A DNA stretch of 64,000 nt from assembly GCA_965207075.1 (NCBI GenBank), contig CBDBLO010000002.1, positions 1,536,001-1,600,000 on the forward strand, read 5' to 3'. The DNA comes from Nitrosopumilus sp. Lineage in GTDB: Archaea; Thermoproteota; Nitrososphaeria; Nitrososphaerales; Nitrosopumilaceae. The notes below the pieces were generated by a model that had not been told where the DNA came from, searched no databases, and worked only from the letters and a program-made list of their open reading frames with translations. Both the position numbers and the translations under genes were made by a program. Numbering within the stretch: position 1 is the first letter of the stretch; every line of letters starts with the position of its first letter. Below are positions 1 to 10,655 of the stretch, piece by piece.

Positions 1-58
1 CATCACCGTCTTCTTCTTCCTCATCATCATCATCATCATCATTATAGCCATCATCATA
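1..58. repeat. Imperfect (CAT)n/(CTT)n trinucleotide microsatellite
   Basis: catcatcatcatcatcatc run visible directly. Confidence 0.8.
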
Positions 59-113
59 CAAACGGCGCCCAGGTCCGCCCCAAGAATGCAGATGGCGCAC
101 GCCGAAGCAGACA

Positions 114-539
114 TCAGACCAGAGATTCGTCGCTTACCTCGATCGGCTTGCGCCCCATAAACCCAGAGTCCATATCGTGCCAGAACTTTATCTCAGGCTC
201 GCCTGCCTTCCAGCACAGCCACACGTCCTCGTCGAACCTCTTTGAGGGAAAGTCGACCAGCCCCTCGTCTATCCCCTTGAGAGAGACGCCGGTCGCCTCG
301 AGCACCTCGATCGAGCGATACAGTTTCGTTACGGCCGCGTTGAGCTCCTGCTTTATCTCCATGTACGCCTGCACGTTTCCTCCGCCCGGGTTATCCTGCC
401 CCCCGCCAGGCGCAAGCGTCTCCTGCAGCCTCCGCTCGATGCCTTTTATGGCAACCCTTCTCTCGGCAACCTCGCGGAACTTTTGCGCGACGTCGGGAAG
501 GGCCTCGTTGGCCTCAGATATCGTAAAGTATCTGAACAT
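114..539 (-). CDS. DUF2203 family protein
   Basis: MFRYFTISEANEALP...GLVDFPSKRFDEDVWLCWKAGEPEIKFWH...GFMGRKPI matches the DUF2203 pattern; start placed at ATG 539, downstream of an AT-rich promoter segment at ~560-575. Confidence 0.85.
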   Translation of the reverse strand: MFRYFTISEANEALPDVAQKFREVAERRVAIKGIERRLQETLAPGGGQDNPGGGNVQAYMEIKQELNAAVTKLYRSIEVLEATGVSLKGIDEGLVDFPSKRFDEDVWLCWKAGEPEIKFWHDMDSGFMGRKPIEVSDESLV

Positions 540-658
540 GCAAAAAGGCCGGCACGCGGTATTAAAAATCTTAACAGCGTCTTTCGGCCCTTGTCCCGGC
601 CGCGCTTCCCTGAGGCCGTGTGCGATCAAATAATATACCGATTGTGCGTTGGCGCGGC

Positions 659-934
659 ATGCAAAAGATAAAGTGCTCTCACATTTTGGTTGCAAAGCAG
701 AGCGAGGCCCTGTCCGTAATGGAGAGGCTCGGAGCCGGTGAAAAGTTCGGCAAGCTTGCAAAGGAGGTGTCGACTGACGCGCCGAGTGCAAAGAGGGATG
801 GAAACCTGGGATACTTTGCCAGGGGCAGGATGGTAAAGTCGTTTGAGGAGGCCGCCTTTAAGCTCCAGGTGGGACAGGTGTCTGAACCCGTAAAGTCAGA
901 GTACGGCTACCACATAATCAAGAGGACCGCATGA
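659..934 (+). CDS. Parvulin-type peptidyl-prolyl cis-trans isomerase
   Basis: [44 protein letters not shown] rotamase motifs. Confidence 0.95.
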   Translation: MQKIKCSHILVAKQSEALSVMERLGAGEKFGKLAKEVSTDAPSAKRDGNLGYFARGRMVKSFEEAAFKLQVGQVSEPVKSEYGYHIIKRTA

Positions 935-955
935 GGGGACGTCGGCCGGGGACCG

Positions 956-2650
956 CTAGAGGTACTCGTCAAGCCCCCCCTCGGCAGCGGGCCGTTTTGC
1001 GCTCGAGGCGCCGCGGGCGGAGGCGCGTCCCCGGCCGCCGTTGTCGCTATCGCCATCATCATCATCATCGCCATCATCATCATCATAGTCGTCGCCAACG
1101 GCAGCAGCATCGTCACCGTCAACGGCAGCAGTAGCAGCGACAACAACAGCATCATCACCGCCCCCGCCCTGCCTGTTGAGGTCAAGCATCCCGGACATCG
1201 TGCCCCCCATGGACTCTGCAATCTTGGTCTTGCGCTTGCCTATCCAATAGTACGTCTCGTCTATGGTCCCCTTTGCAATCAAGACGATCAGGCGGCCAAC
1301 CGTCCGGCGGCCCGTCCGGCCCCGCCTCTGCACGTACCTTATCGAGCTCGGTACGTTGTCATAAAATATGACGTGGTTTACCTCGGAGATGTCAAGCCCC
1401 TCCTCGCCCACCCGCGTGGCCACCATTATGCGGAACTCCCCGTCCCGGAACCGCCTCACCGCCTCCACCTGCTGCTTTTGTTTTAGCCCGGTCTGGCCCG
1501 CCTTTCCTATCAGCTTGCCGGACGACACGCCCATCCCGTCAAGCGCCTCGCATATCATGTCTACAGAGTCCCTATAGCTCGTGAATATCAGGATCTTGCC
1601 GTCTATGCCGCCGACCAGCTCAGTCAGCTTTGCAATCTTCGGGTGCTCGATGCCGCCCCTCTTTGCCCTGTCCGCGAGTCTGAGCGCCTGCGCAAAGTCA
1701 GCGTCGGCCTCGAAGAGCGCCTTGGCGCCCGAGTCCTTTTTCTTGCGCGCCCTCTCGCAGAACTTTAGAAACGGCGTGATGCCGTGGGCCTCCAGAATGC
1801 CCAGTGCGTAGTGTATGCGTATCGCGGCAAACAGCGGCGTGGCGGCCCCGCGGTTGCGCCGCAGGACATAGTCGCGCAGGCGCAGCAGGCTTGAGAGGGA
1901 CGGGTCCTCTCCCACGCTGACGCGGCGGGCCCTGAGGGTCTCGCACCGGGACTTTAGCGCCCTCTTCAGGAGGGACTGCATCTCCCTGAGCTCGGGCGTC
2001 AGGTCTACTTGAAACCACTCGGTCTCCGTCTTCTGCACGTACGGCCTTACGTCGGGGCTCGACTCGTTGCGCTCGGCCACGCTTGCGATGTGCAGCCTGG
2101 CCATTATCTCCGTCGCCCTGTCCCTGTCGCTTGGCAGCGTGGCAGTCATTCCGAGGATGCGGGGGCCGGCCGGCTCTAGCATCTGGGCGATTGCAGAGTA
2201 GGCATAGTCGCCCACGGTGCGGTGGGCCTCGTCGAATATCACCAGACCAAACGCGTCGGGGGATATCATCCCCCGCCTGAGATCATTTCTTGCGATTTCG
2301 GGCGTGGCGCACACGACACTGGCGCCCCACAGCTTCTTGCGCCTTGCCGCGGAGTCCTCGCCCGTGACAAGCGAGATGTCGTCTATGGTGAGCGCGTTTT
2401 GCAAAAACTCGTGATGCTGGTTTACCAGCACGCGGGTCGGGGCCAGGAACAAAACCGCGGCGGGGCCGTCGTCAGGGCAGGACGCCATGTGCGACGCTAT
2501 GACCTGAAGGGCGACGGCGGTCTTTCCCAGTCCGGTCGGGAGCACCACGACGCAGTTCTCCCTTGATGCCTGCTCCGCCACGTTCACCTGGTACTCGCGG
2601 TGCTCGATCGTGTTTTTTCGCACATACCGCATCTCTACGTATCGCGTCAC
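956..2650 (-). CDS. SF2 DEAH helicase (Hef/FANCM-like, no ERCC4 nuclease domain), acidic low-complexity tail
   Basis: LPTGLGKT, DEAH, MTAT, ATRVGEEGLDI, QRRGRTGR motifs; start inferred at GTG 2650 (ORF is open to 2740). Confidence 0.9.
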   Translation of the reverse strand: MTRYVEMRYVRKNTIEHREYQVNVAEQASRENCVVVLPTGLGKTAVALQVIASHMASCPDDGPAAVLFLAPTRVLVNQHHEFLQNALTIDDISLVTGEDSAARRKKLWGASVVCATPEIARNDLRRGMISPDAFGLVIFDEAHRTVGDYAYSAIAQMLEPAGPRILGMTATLPSDRDRATEIMARLHIASVAERNESSPDVRPYVQKTETEWFQVDLTPELREMQSLLKRALKSRCETLRARRVSVGEDPSLSSLLRLRDYVLRRNRGAATPLFAAIRIHYALGILEAHGITPFLKFCERARKKKDSGAKALFEADADFAQALRLADRAKRGGIEHPKIAKLTELVGGIDGKILIFTSYRDSVDMICEALDGMGVSSGKLIGKAGQTGLKQKQQVEAVRRFRDGEFRIMVATRVGEEGLDISEVNHVIFYDNVPSSIRYVQRRGRTGRRTVGRLIVLIAKGTIDETYYWIGKRKTKIAESMGGTMSGMLDLNRQGGGGDDAVVVAATAAVDGDDAAAVGDDYDDDDGDDDDDGDSDNGGRGRASARGASSAKRPAAEGGLDEYL

Positions 2651-2755
2651 GCCCGCAGGGCGGCGTGGAGTTTTTTTATCCTTGTGGTCTGGGCGGCGCG
2701 CGCCGGCCGCCGCATCGCTATACATAATACCGAATCGCATCAGAGACCAAGCAAG

Positions 2756-3409
2756 ATGGAAGAAGGCGACAAGTTTGACAGGCCCGACTGGGACGAGTAC
2801 TTTATGCTGCAGGCGGAGCTTGCAAAGCTTCGCTCAAACTGCATTGCGCGCAAGGTGGGGGCCGTGATCGTGAGGGACCGCCGCCAGATCGCAACGGGGT
2901 ACAACGGCACTCCGCCGGGCATAAGGAACTGCTACGAGGGGGGCTGCGACAGGTGCCAGAGGCGCGTGAAGGGACTCGTCGCGTCAGGCGAGGATCTGGG
3001 GCGCTGCCTGTGCAACCACGCGGAGGCAAACGCCATAATGCACTGCGCCATACTGGGCATAGAGGCGTCCTCGGCGAGCAGCGCCACGCTGTACACCACG
3101 TACGTGCCGTGCCTCGAGTGCACAAAGATGGCAATCACGATAGGAATCAGGAGGTTCGTGTGCCTGGAGGACTACACGGAGAGCGCAAGCCAGCTGACGC
3201 GCGAGGCCGGGGTGACCATACAGAAGATAGACCGCAGCAGGATAGACAGGTGGGCAAGGCAGATAATATCAGACGAACGCGCTGAACCGGCTCCGGCAGT
3301 TGGGGCTGCCAACGTCGCGGGGGCAGGCGCGCAAAACGGGGCTGGCGCGGGAGGGGGAGGAGAAGAGCAAGCAGAAGAGGTGGAGGATGAAGCCGCAAAA
3401 TGCGCGTAA
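2756..3409 (+). CDS. dCMP deaminase
   Basis: RPDWDEYFM, ATGYNG, HAEANA, PCLEC zinc deaminase motifs. Confidence 0.93.
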   Translation: MEEGDKFDRPDWDEYFMLQAELAKLRSNCIARKVGAVIVRDRRQIATGYNGTPPGIRNCYEGGCDRCQRRVKGLVASGEDLGRCLCNHAEANAIMHCAILGIEASSASSATLYTTYVPCLECTKMAITIGIRRFVCLEDYTESASQLTREAGVTIQKIDRSRIDRWARQIISDERAEPAPAVGAANVAGAGAQNGAGAGGGGEEQAEEVEDEAAKCA

Positions 3410-5970
3410 ACATCGGCGAATCCTCAAACCCGAAATCGATGCCCCCCTCCATGCTGGTCTCCGCCGCGTACGACGGCGCCTCCAAAAAGGCGCTGCTGAA
3501 GTTCTACGATCCGGAGTCCAAGGAGCTGTACCTGTGGTGGGATGAGACGGGGCACAAGCCATACTGCTACTCAAAGCTTAGCCCGGAGGAGCTGGGGCAT
3601 CTGAAGTCAAGGGGCGACATACTTGACATCAGTCGCGTCAAAAGGTACAGCCTGGCCGACGACTGCATGATGGAGGTCTCAAAAATAACCGCGAGCGATC
3701 CGCTTGCAATAGGCGGCAAGCCCTACGGCGACGACACGGAGAGGAGCGTACGCGACATAATAGAGACGTGGGAGTCAGACATCAAGTACTACGAGACGTA
3801 CCTGTACGACAGGCGGATTGTCGTGGGCAGGTACTACAGGGCGCAGGAAGGCAGGCTCGAGCCCGTCGACATCGAGATATCCGACGAGGTGAGCCTGGCG
3901 CTCAAGAGCCTGCTGTGGGACAAAGTGGACAGCGGAAGCATGGTCGACGAGGCGGAGTTTCGCAAGTGCATATCGGACTGGGCCGACCTGCTCAACCAGC
4001 CCATACCGGAGATAAAGCGGCTGAGCGTGGACATAGAGGTCGAGTCAGTCGAGGGCAGGCTGCCGGACTCCAAGATTGCAGACAACACGGTAACCGCGAT
4101 AGGCCTTGCCGGCACGGACGGGTTCGGGCGCGTGCTGGTGCTAAAGACGCCCGGCACGCCGGAGGGCACAAACGAGCTCGGGCCCGACATCAGGGTCGAG
4201 TTCTACGAGCCGGACTGCGAGGCGCAGATGATACGGGACGCGTTTGGGATAATGGAGTCGTACCCGTTCATACTCACATACAACGGAGACGACTTTGACC
4301 TGCCGTACCTGTACAACAGGGCGGACAGGCTCGGCATAAGAAACGAGGACAACCCGCTGCACATGCTAAAGGACTCGGCCACCCTCAAGCGGGGCGTACA
4401 CATAGACCTGTACAAGACCATGTCCAACCGCTCGTTCCAGATATACGCGTTCGGCCAGAAATACACGGACTTTTCACTCAACAGCGTCTCAGTGGCGCTG
4501 CTCGGCAAGCAGAAGATAGACTACGGACTGAAGTTTGACGAGATGTCACTCTACCAGACTGCCAACTACTGCTACCACGACGCGCTGCTCACGTACGAGC
4601 TGACCAGCTTCGGGGACGGCATACTGATGAACCTGCTTGTGACCATATCGCGGATCGGGAGGATGCCCATCGACGACATCGCAAGGCTCGGGGTCTCGCA
4701 GTGGATCCGCAGCCTGCTGTACTATGAGCACCGCGTCCGCGACTGCATCATACCAAAGAGGGACGAGCTTGCAAAGCGCACAGAGGACGTCACGGCAGAC
4801 GCGGTCATAAAGGACAAAAAGTACAGGGGCGGCCTCGTGGTGGAGCCGCAGAGCGGCGTCCACTTTGACGTCGTCGTGATGGACTTTGCAAGCCTGTACC
4901 CGAGCATCATAAAGGTGCGCAACCTGTCCTACGAGACGGTCAGGTGCCCCCACCCCGAGTGCCGCAAGAACTCGATACCCCAGACAAAGCACTGGGCGTG
5001 CTCGAAGAGGAACGGGATCACGTCAGAGATAATAGGGTCTCTGCGCGACCTGAGGGTCAACTACTACAAGAGCCTGTCAAGAAAGGAGACGCTCACGGAG
5101 GTGCAGCGCCAGCAGTACACGGCGGTAAGCCAGGCGCTCAAGGTCATACTCAACGCAAGCTACGGCGTGATGGGGGCCGACATATTCCCCCTGTACTTTC
5201 TGCCCGCCGCCGAGGCCACCACGGCCATAGGCAGGCACACCATACTGGAGACCATAAAGAAGAGCAAGGACGCCGGCGTCGACGTGCTGTACGGGGACAC
5301 GGACTCGCTGTTCATCAAGAGCCCCACGGCAGAGCAGGTACAGTACATGATAGACGAGGCCAAAAAGGACCACGGGGTCGACCTGGAGATCGACAAGGAG
5401 TACAGGTACTGCGTCCTGAGCAACCGAAAGAAGAACTACCTCGGGGTCTCAAAGTCAGGCCAGGTGGACGTAAAGGGGCTGACCGGCAAAAAGTCGCACA
5501 CGCCGCCGTTCATCAGGAAGTTGTTTGCAGACATACTCGGGGTGCTGGCCGGCGTGCAGAGCCCCGAGGAGTTCGAGCAGGCAAAAGGCGTGATATCGAA
5601 GATGATACAGGAGTGCGGCAAGAGGATAGAGGGCCTTGAGATACCCCTCGACGAGATGGCATTCAGCATGATGCTCAGCAAGGCGCCCTCAGAGTACACA
5701 AAGACGCAGCCGCAGCACATCAGGGCCGCGCGCCAGCTTGACGGCATCAAGGAGCTGAAGAGGGGCGACAGGATCTCGTTTGTAAAGACCATCGGAAAGC
5801 CCGGGGTGAGGCCGCTTGAGATTGCGCGCAAGGGCGAGATTGACACGACAAAGTACGCGGAGTTCCTCGAGTCGACCCTGGAGCAGGTCACGTCCACGAT
5901 GGACATGGACTTTGACGTCATACTCAAAAAGCCAAAACAGTCGGGGCTCGACCAGTTCTTCTGGGGATGA
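3400..5970 (+). CDS. polB: Family B DNA polymerase (PolB1 type)
   Basis: DIE exonuclease motif, YNGDDFD, DFASLYPSII, KVILNASYG, YGDTDS; C-terminal PIP-like QSGLDQFF. Confidence 0.97.
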   Translation: MRVNIGESSNPKSMPPSMLVSAAYDGASKKALLKFYDPESKELYLWWDETGHKPYCYSKLSPEELGHLKSRGDILDISRVKRYSLADDCMMEVSKITASDPLAIGGKPYGDDTERSVRDIIETWESDIKYYETYLYDRRIVVGRYYRAQEGRLEPVDIEISDEVSLALKSLLWDKVDSGSMVDEAEFRKCISDWADLLNQPIPEIKRLSVDIEVESVEGRLPDSKIADNTVTAIGLAGTDGFGRVLVLKTPGTPEGTNELGPDIRVEFYEPDCEAQMIRDAFGIMESYPFILTYNGDDFDLPYLYNRADRLGIRNEDNPLHMLKDSATLKRGVHIDLYKTMSNRSFQIYAFGQKYTDFSLNSVSVALLGKQKIDYGLKFDEMSLYQTANYCYHDALLTYELTSFGDGILMNLLVTISRIGRMPIDDIARLGVSQWIRSLLYYEHRVRDCIIPKRDELAKRTEDVTADAVIKDKKYRGGLVVEPQSGVHFDVVVMDFASLYPSIIKVRNLSYETVRCPHPECRKNSIPQTKHWACSKRNGITSEIIGSLRDLRVNYYKSLSRKETLTEVQRQQYTAVSQALKVILNASYGVMGADIFPLYFLPAAEATTAIGRHTILETIKKSKDAGVDVLYGDTDSLFIKSPTAEQVQYMIDEAKKDHGVDLEIDKEYRYCVLSNRKKNYLGVSKSGQVDVKGLTGKKSHTPPFIRKLFADILGVLAGVQSPEEFEQAKGVISKMIQECGKRIEGLEIPLDEMAFSMMLSKAPSEYTKTQPQHIRAARQLDGIKELKRGDRISFVKTIGKPGVRPLEIARKGEIDTTKYAEFLESTLEQVTSTMDMDFDVILKKPKQSGLDQFFWG

Positions 5971-5974
5971 TCCT

Positions 5975-6280
5975 GTGGAGCACCACCTGGTCGACGACTA
6001 CATACTGCACGTGATAGGGATACTGGCCGGCGTGCTGATACTGGCCGGATGGGTCGAGCAGATCTACAAGGGGTACAAGACAAAGCACCTGAGGGACGTC
6101 TCAAACTACCTGATGATATTCATCGGGGCCGGGGCCGTCCTGTGGGCGCTGTACGGCGTGCTTGTGTCCGACGTCTTCATAGTAGGGACGAACGTGGCCG
6201 CCGTGATCCTGATGATCACGGTCCTGATGATGAAGAAGGCATACGCGCGCAGGTCCAGGGCGGCGGCCGGCCCTGCCTGA
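5975..6280 (+). CDS. SemiSWEET/PQ-loop-like small membrane protein
   Basis: Three hydrophobic segments, QIYKGYKTKHLRDVS and LWALYG pattern; GTG start 4 nt after the polB stop. Confidence 0.75.
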   Translation: MEHHLVDDYILHVIGILAGVLILAGWVEQIYKGYKTKHLRDVSNYLMIFIGAGAVLWALYGVLVSDVFIVGTNVAAVILMITVLMMKKAYARRSRAAAGPA

Positions 6281-6359
6281 CCCGGCGGCGGCCGCTGCCG
6301 CGGCAGGGCGGCACGTATCATATAATAATCAACGGCGGGCACCACCAACCGGGGACGTA

Positions 6360-7160
6360 ATGCTTGTCATAAACTGCAAAAACTACGCGGAGGTGGCGAC
6401 TGCGCCGAGGGTCAGAAGGCTGGTCAGGGCGGCGTACGGCGCCGCGGCCAAGCTGGGCGTCGAGGTATGCGTGGCGCCCCCGCAGCACATGATCGGGGTG
6501 GCAGCAGAGGAGGCCGCATCCATGGCGAGGAAACGGCGCGGCGCCGGCCCCTCCCCATCGCGCCGCCGCCCTCGCCGCCGCCTGCTGCGCATACTTGCGC
6601 AGCACGCAGACGTCCAGCCTGCCGGAAGCACCACCGGATACGTGATACCCGAGCTGCTAAAGGCGGCAGGGGCCGAAGGCAGCATAATAAACCACAGCGA
6701 GCACAGAATCAAACCAGCAGAGATTGCGGCCGCAGTCAAAAGGCTGCGCGACGCGGGCATGACGTCCATTCTCTGCGTCCGCAACGTCAGGGAGCTCAGA
6801 AAGTACGTGCCGCTCGGCCCGGACTACGTGGCCATCGAGCCCCCGGAGCTTATCGGTTCGGGAAGGGCCGTCTCCACCGAAAGGCCGGAGATCATATCGG
6901 GCGCGGCAAGGGCGGTGTCAGAACCGCCGCGCGCGAGTGCGGCGTCGAGAGAATCGTCATCATCATCATCAGTAACGGCAACAACCCACGCAAGACCGCA
7001 GCTGCTCTGCGGGGCCGGCGTGGTCTCGGGCGCCGATGTTGCAAAGGCGGCAGAACTGGGCTCGGTGGGCATCCTGGTCGCAAGCGGCATAATAAAGAGG
7101 GGTCCGGCGCAGTGGAGGGGCGCCATAATGGATCTTGCAGGACCGCTCTCCGCGCGCTGA
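6360..7160 (+). CDS. tpiA: Triosephosphate isomerase (archaeal type) with two low-complexity insertions
   Basis: VINCKNY, NHSEHR, AIEPPELIGSG, LCGAGV, GILVASG. Confidence 0.93.
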   Translation: MLVINCKNYAEVATAPRVRRLVRAAYGAAAKLGVEVCVAPPQHMIGVAAEEAASMARKRRGAGPSPSRRRPRRRLLRILAQHADVQPAGSTTGYVIPELLKAAGAEGSIINHSEHRIKPAEIAAAVKRLRDAGMTSILCVRNVRELRKYVPLGPDYVAIEPPELIGSGRAVSTERPEIISGAARAVSEPPRASAASRESSSSSSVTATTHARPQLLCGAGVVSGADVAKAAELGSVGILVASGIIKRGPAQWRGAIMDLAGPLSAR

Positions 7161-7247
7161 TCGGGTGCCGGCGCCCGGCCGCCACACCGAAGCCGGGCAC
7201 GGTTAGTTGGTTTAATACACCCTTGGAAGCTCCCGTTAATGCGGCAC

Positions 7248-9941
7248 ATGAAAGAGATATACGCGTTTGAAGAGGGCGACGGGCAGAACCGCAAGCTGCT
7301 GGGCGGCAAGGGCGCCGGGCTCTGCGAGATGACCAGGCTGAAGCTGCCCGTCCCGCCAGGATTCACCATCACCACTCAGGTATGCGACGCATACTACCGA
7401 AACGGCAAAAGCCTCCCAAGGGGACTGATGGCAAAGGTCTCAAAGCACATAGCAAGGGTGGCAAAGAAGACCGGAAAGGGGTGGGGTTCGCCGGACAACC
7501 CGCTGCTCGTATCAGTCAGGTCCGGGGCCGCTATATCAATGCCCGGCATGATGGACACGATACTGAACCTCGGCCTCAACGACGAGACCGTCAGGGGGCT
7601 TGCCGCCAAGAGCTCCAACCCGAGGTTTGCATGGGACTCTTACAGGAGGTTCGTCCAGCTCTTCGGCAAGGTCGTGTTCGGCATAGACGACAGGCTGTTC
7701 GACAACGTGATGAACGCGAAGAAAAAGGAGAAGGGGGCAGAAAACGACTCGGACCTGGACGCCGGCGCGCTGGAGGAGATCACCGTATCGTTCAAAAAAA
7801 TATGCGCCGACAGCGGGCACGAGTTTCCGACGGACCCGACGGCCCAGCTGGAGCTGGCAATTACGGCCGTGTTTGACAGCTGGATGGGGGAGAGGGCAAT
7901 AGTATACCGCGCAAAGAACAAGATTACAAAGGACATTGCGGCCGGCACCGCGGTCAACGTGGTGGTCATGGTGTTTGGCAACATGGGAAGTGACAGCGCC
8001 ACGGGCGTGGTATTCACGAGAAACCCCGGCGACGGCTCAAGGCAGATCTACGGCGACTATCTCCAGGACGCCCAGGGCGAGGACGTGGTGGCCGGCGTAA
8101 GGACCGGCAAGCACGTGAGCGAGATGAAGTCGGAGATGCCCGAGTCATACAGGCAGCTTGAAAAGACGTGCAGCATGCTTGAGAAGCACTTTAGGGAGCC
8201 CCAGGATATCGAGTTCACGGTGGAGCAGGGCAGGTTCTACCTGCTGCAGACCCGCAACGCAAAGATGAACGCGGCAAGCATGGTGCGCACGTCAATAGAC
8301 ATGGTAAACGAGAAGATGATAAGCAGGGACAGGGCCATAACCAGGCTCAACGCGGAGCAGTTGGAGCAGCTGCTGCACGACATGCCCGACCAGTCTGAGA
8401 TTCCAAAGTATGAAAAGCTGGCCACCGGGATTGCAGCGTCTCCGGGGGCCGCAAGCGGGGCGGCCATATTCGACGTCAAGAAGGCTGCCTCAATGGGCAA
8501 GGACGGCCACAGCGTCATACTGGTAAGGGAGGAGACAAAGCCCGAGGACGTCCCCGCGTTCTTCGAATCGCTGGGAATACTGACCAGTCGCGGCGGCAAG
8601 TCGTCGCACGCGGCGGTGGTAGCAAGGGGCATGGGCAAGCCGTGCATAGTCGGATGCGCCGACCTCAAGATCACGGAGACGGGGTGCACCACGTCCGGGG
8701 GCGTCCGGATATCGGAGGGCGACATAATTACGATCGACGGCAGCACCGGCAGCGTGTATGCCGGGAGCATACCCACCATAAAGCCCGAGATCACCCCAGA
8801 GTTCCGCAAGATCCTCGACTGGGCCGCCAAGGCAAAGAGGCTCGGCGTCAGGGCCAACGCCGACACGCCCGCGGCGGCCGCGCTCGCCCGCAAGTACGGG
8901 GCGCAGGGAATAGGTCTGTGCCGCACGGAGCGCATGTTCAACCAGAGCGACAGGCTCGTACTCTTTGTAAAGATGATAATGGCAGCAGACAAGGGGCAGC
9001 GTGAAAAGCTCCTCAAGAGGCTCGGCAGGCTTCAAAAGAGCGACTTTGTAAAGATACTGACTGCAATGGAGGGCTACCCGGTCACGATCAGGCTGCTTGA
9101 TCCACCGCTCCACGAGTTTCTGCCAAACCCCGAGGCGCAGGCCGCAAAGGTCAAGAGCATGGAGGGCGGCAAGGGCAAGGCGTCAAAGTCCGATTTGGAG
9201 GAGGCAAGAATCGTCCTGGAGCGCGCAAGGGAGCTGGCTGAGATAAACCCGATGATGGGGCACCGCGGCGTGAGGGTCGGGGTCACATACCCGGAGATAT
9301 ACCGCATGCAGATACGGGCCGTCTTCGAGGCGCTCGCCGCGCTCGCCAAAAAGGGAACAAAGGCAAAGCCGCAGATAATGATACCGCAGATAAGCAGCGT
9401 CGAGGAACTGGACCACGTCAAGCAGATATACGACGAGGTAAGGCGAGAGGTCGAAGAGGCAAACGGCGGGCTCAGGCTGAACGTGAACTTTGGGACCATG
9501 ATAGAGGTGGTCAGGGCCGCGCTGACGGCAGACCATCTTGCCCAGACGGCGGAGTTCTTTAGCTTTGGGACAAACGACCTCACGCAGGGCACGTTCAGCT
9601 TTAGCAGGGAGGATGTGGAGGGCAAATTCCTGCCCGAATACATGGACAAGGGGCTGCTAGAGCAGAACCCGTTCCAGTCAATCGACAGGAGCGGGGTGGG
9701 CCGTCTGATGAGGCAGGGAATACTCCTAGGACGCAAGGCCCGCAAGGACATGGAGATCGGCATATGCGGGGAGCACGGGGGCGACCCCGACTCTGTCGTG
9801 TTCTGCCACGACGAGTCCCTGAGCTACGTGAGCGCGTCCCCGCATCGCATACCGATCGCGATCGTGGCCGCCGCGCAGGCAGCCATCAAACAAAAGGCGC
9901 TCTCCAAGGGGAAAAAGAAATCCAAGGGGAAAAAGCAGTGA
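7248..9941 (+). CDS. ppdK: Pyruvate, phosphate dikinase
   Basis: LLGGKGAGL, SVRSGA, GGKSSHAAVVARG (phospho-His), GLCRTE, FSFGTNDLTQ, GICGEHGG. Confidence 0.97.
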   Translation: MKEIYAFEEGDGQNRKLLGGKGAGLCEMTRLKLPVPPGFTITTQVCDAYYRNGKSLPRGLMAKVSKHIARVAKKTGKGWGSPDNPLLVSVRSGAAISMPGMMDTILNLGLNDETVRGLAAKSSNPRFAWDSYRRFVQLFGKVVFGIDDRLFDNVMNAKKKEKGAENDSDLDAGALEEITVSFKKICADSGHEFPTDPTAQLELAITAVFDSWMGERAIVYRAKNKITKDIAAGTAVNVVVMVFGNMGSDSATGVVFTRNPGDGSRQIYGDYLQDAQGEDVVAGVRTGKHVSEMKSEMPESYRQLEKTCSMLEKHFREPQDIEFTVEQGRFYLLQTRNAKMNAASMVRTSIDMVNEKMISRDRAITRLNAEQLEQLLHDMPDQSEIPKYEKLATGIAASPGAASGAAIFDVKKAASMGKDGHSVILVREETKPEDVPAFFESLGILTSRGGKSSHAAVVARGMGKPCIVGCADLKITETGCTTSGGVRISEGDIITIDGSTGSVYAGSIPTIKPEITPEFRKILDWAAKAKRLGVRANADTPAAAALARKYGAQGIGLCRTERMFNQSDRLVLFVKMIMAADKGQREKLLKRLGRLQKSDFVKILTAMEGYPVTIRLLDPPLHEFLPNPEAQAAKVKSMEGGKGKASKSDLEEARIVLERARELAEINPMMGHRGVRVGVTYPEIYRMQIRAVFEALAALAKKGTKAKPQIMIPQISSVEELDHVKQIYDEVRREVEEANGGLRLNVNFGTMIEVVRAALTADHLAQTAEFFSFGTNDLTQGTFSFSREDVEGKFLPEYMDKGLLEQNPFQSIDRSGVGRLMRQGILLGRKARKDMEIGICGEHGGDPDSVVFCHDESLSYVSASPHRIPIAIVAAAQAAIKQKALSKGKKKSKGKKQ

Positions 9942-9959
9942 CGGCGCTGCCGCGCCGGC

Positions 9960-10030
9960 TCCGCTCCACACTACACTACTCCGCTCCACACTACTCCACA
10001 CATCATTCCACACATCATTCCACACCACCC
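9960..10030. repeat. Degenerate C/A-rich tandem repeats (TCCGCTCCACACTAC x2; TCCACACATCAT x2-3)
   Basis: Visible in the ppdK-CBS intergenic region. Confidence 0.7.
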
Positions 10031-10094
10031 CTTCCTCCAACCGCTCCCCCGCATTCTCACAAACAAAAAATAGAGACCACCCCTCCACCATTCC

Positions 10095-10655
10095 GTGCTA
10101 CCAAGGATAGACACAATCAAGCAAATGAGGCTCAAGGCGGGAGCCACGCAGAAAAAGCTCGCGGACATGACGGGCGTGAGCACCTCGATGATAAACCAGA
10201 TAGAGTCGGGGCGCACAAAACCCAGCTATGACACCGCGCGGAAGATATTCGACGCACTGGCCAAGCTGGAGGACTCGGCGGATCCCCACCGCGCGGGCGA
10301 CTTTTGCAGCAAGGACATGATCATACTGAACCCCGACTGCACGCTGCACGAGGCGATAGAGAAGATGGACGAGCACTCCATAAGCCAGATCCCCATATTC
10401 GAGGGCGACTCGAGGGTGGTCGGGGTCATCACGGAGGACGGCATAGTGAAGCGCATCACCGACGCCGGCGAGCACAGCCTCAAGAGCACCAAGCTGGAGG
10501 AGGCCATGGAGCCCGCTCCCCCCATCGTGGACTACAACACGCCCGCGAGGGCCCTGGTTCCGCTCATACGCTACTCCAAGTGCATAATGGTCTCAAAAAA
10601 GTCCAAGATAATAGGAATAATCACGGCGTCTGACACGCTAAAGATGATGGAATGA
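10095..10655 (+). CDS. XRE-type HTH + CBS-pair transcriptional regulator
   Basis: TQKKLADMTGVSTSMINQIESG HTH; SISQIPI, GVITE, GIITASD CBS motifs. Confidence 0.9.
   Translation: MLPRIDTIKQMRLKAGATQKKLADMTGVSTSMINQIESGRTKPSYDTARKIFDALAKLEDSADPHRAGDFCSKDMIILNPDCTLHEAIEKMDEHSISQIPIFEGDSRVVGVITEDGIVKRITDAGEHSLKSTKLEEAMEPAPPIVDYNTPARALVPLIRYSKCIMVSKKSKIIGIITASDTLKMME

Noticed and set aside
931-1134. His-rich 67-aa ORF as a metal-binding peptide
   Set aside because: It is the antisense reading of the (GAT)n acidic tail of the helicase.
6520-6990. In-frame inserts in TPI (and TrmI, LeuA, CarB middle) as further introns
   Set aside because: No stop codons and no 4-bp helix with 3-nt bulges recognised by eye; the composition looks like slippage. 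A computational scan would be needed to exclude this fully.
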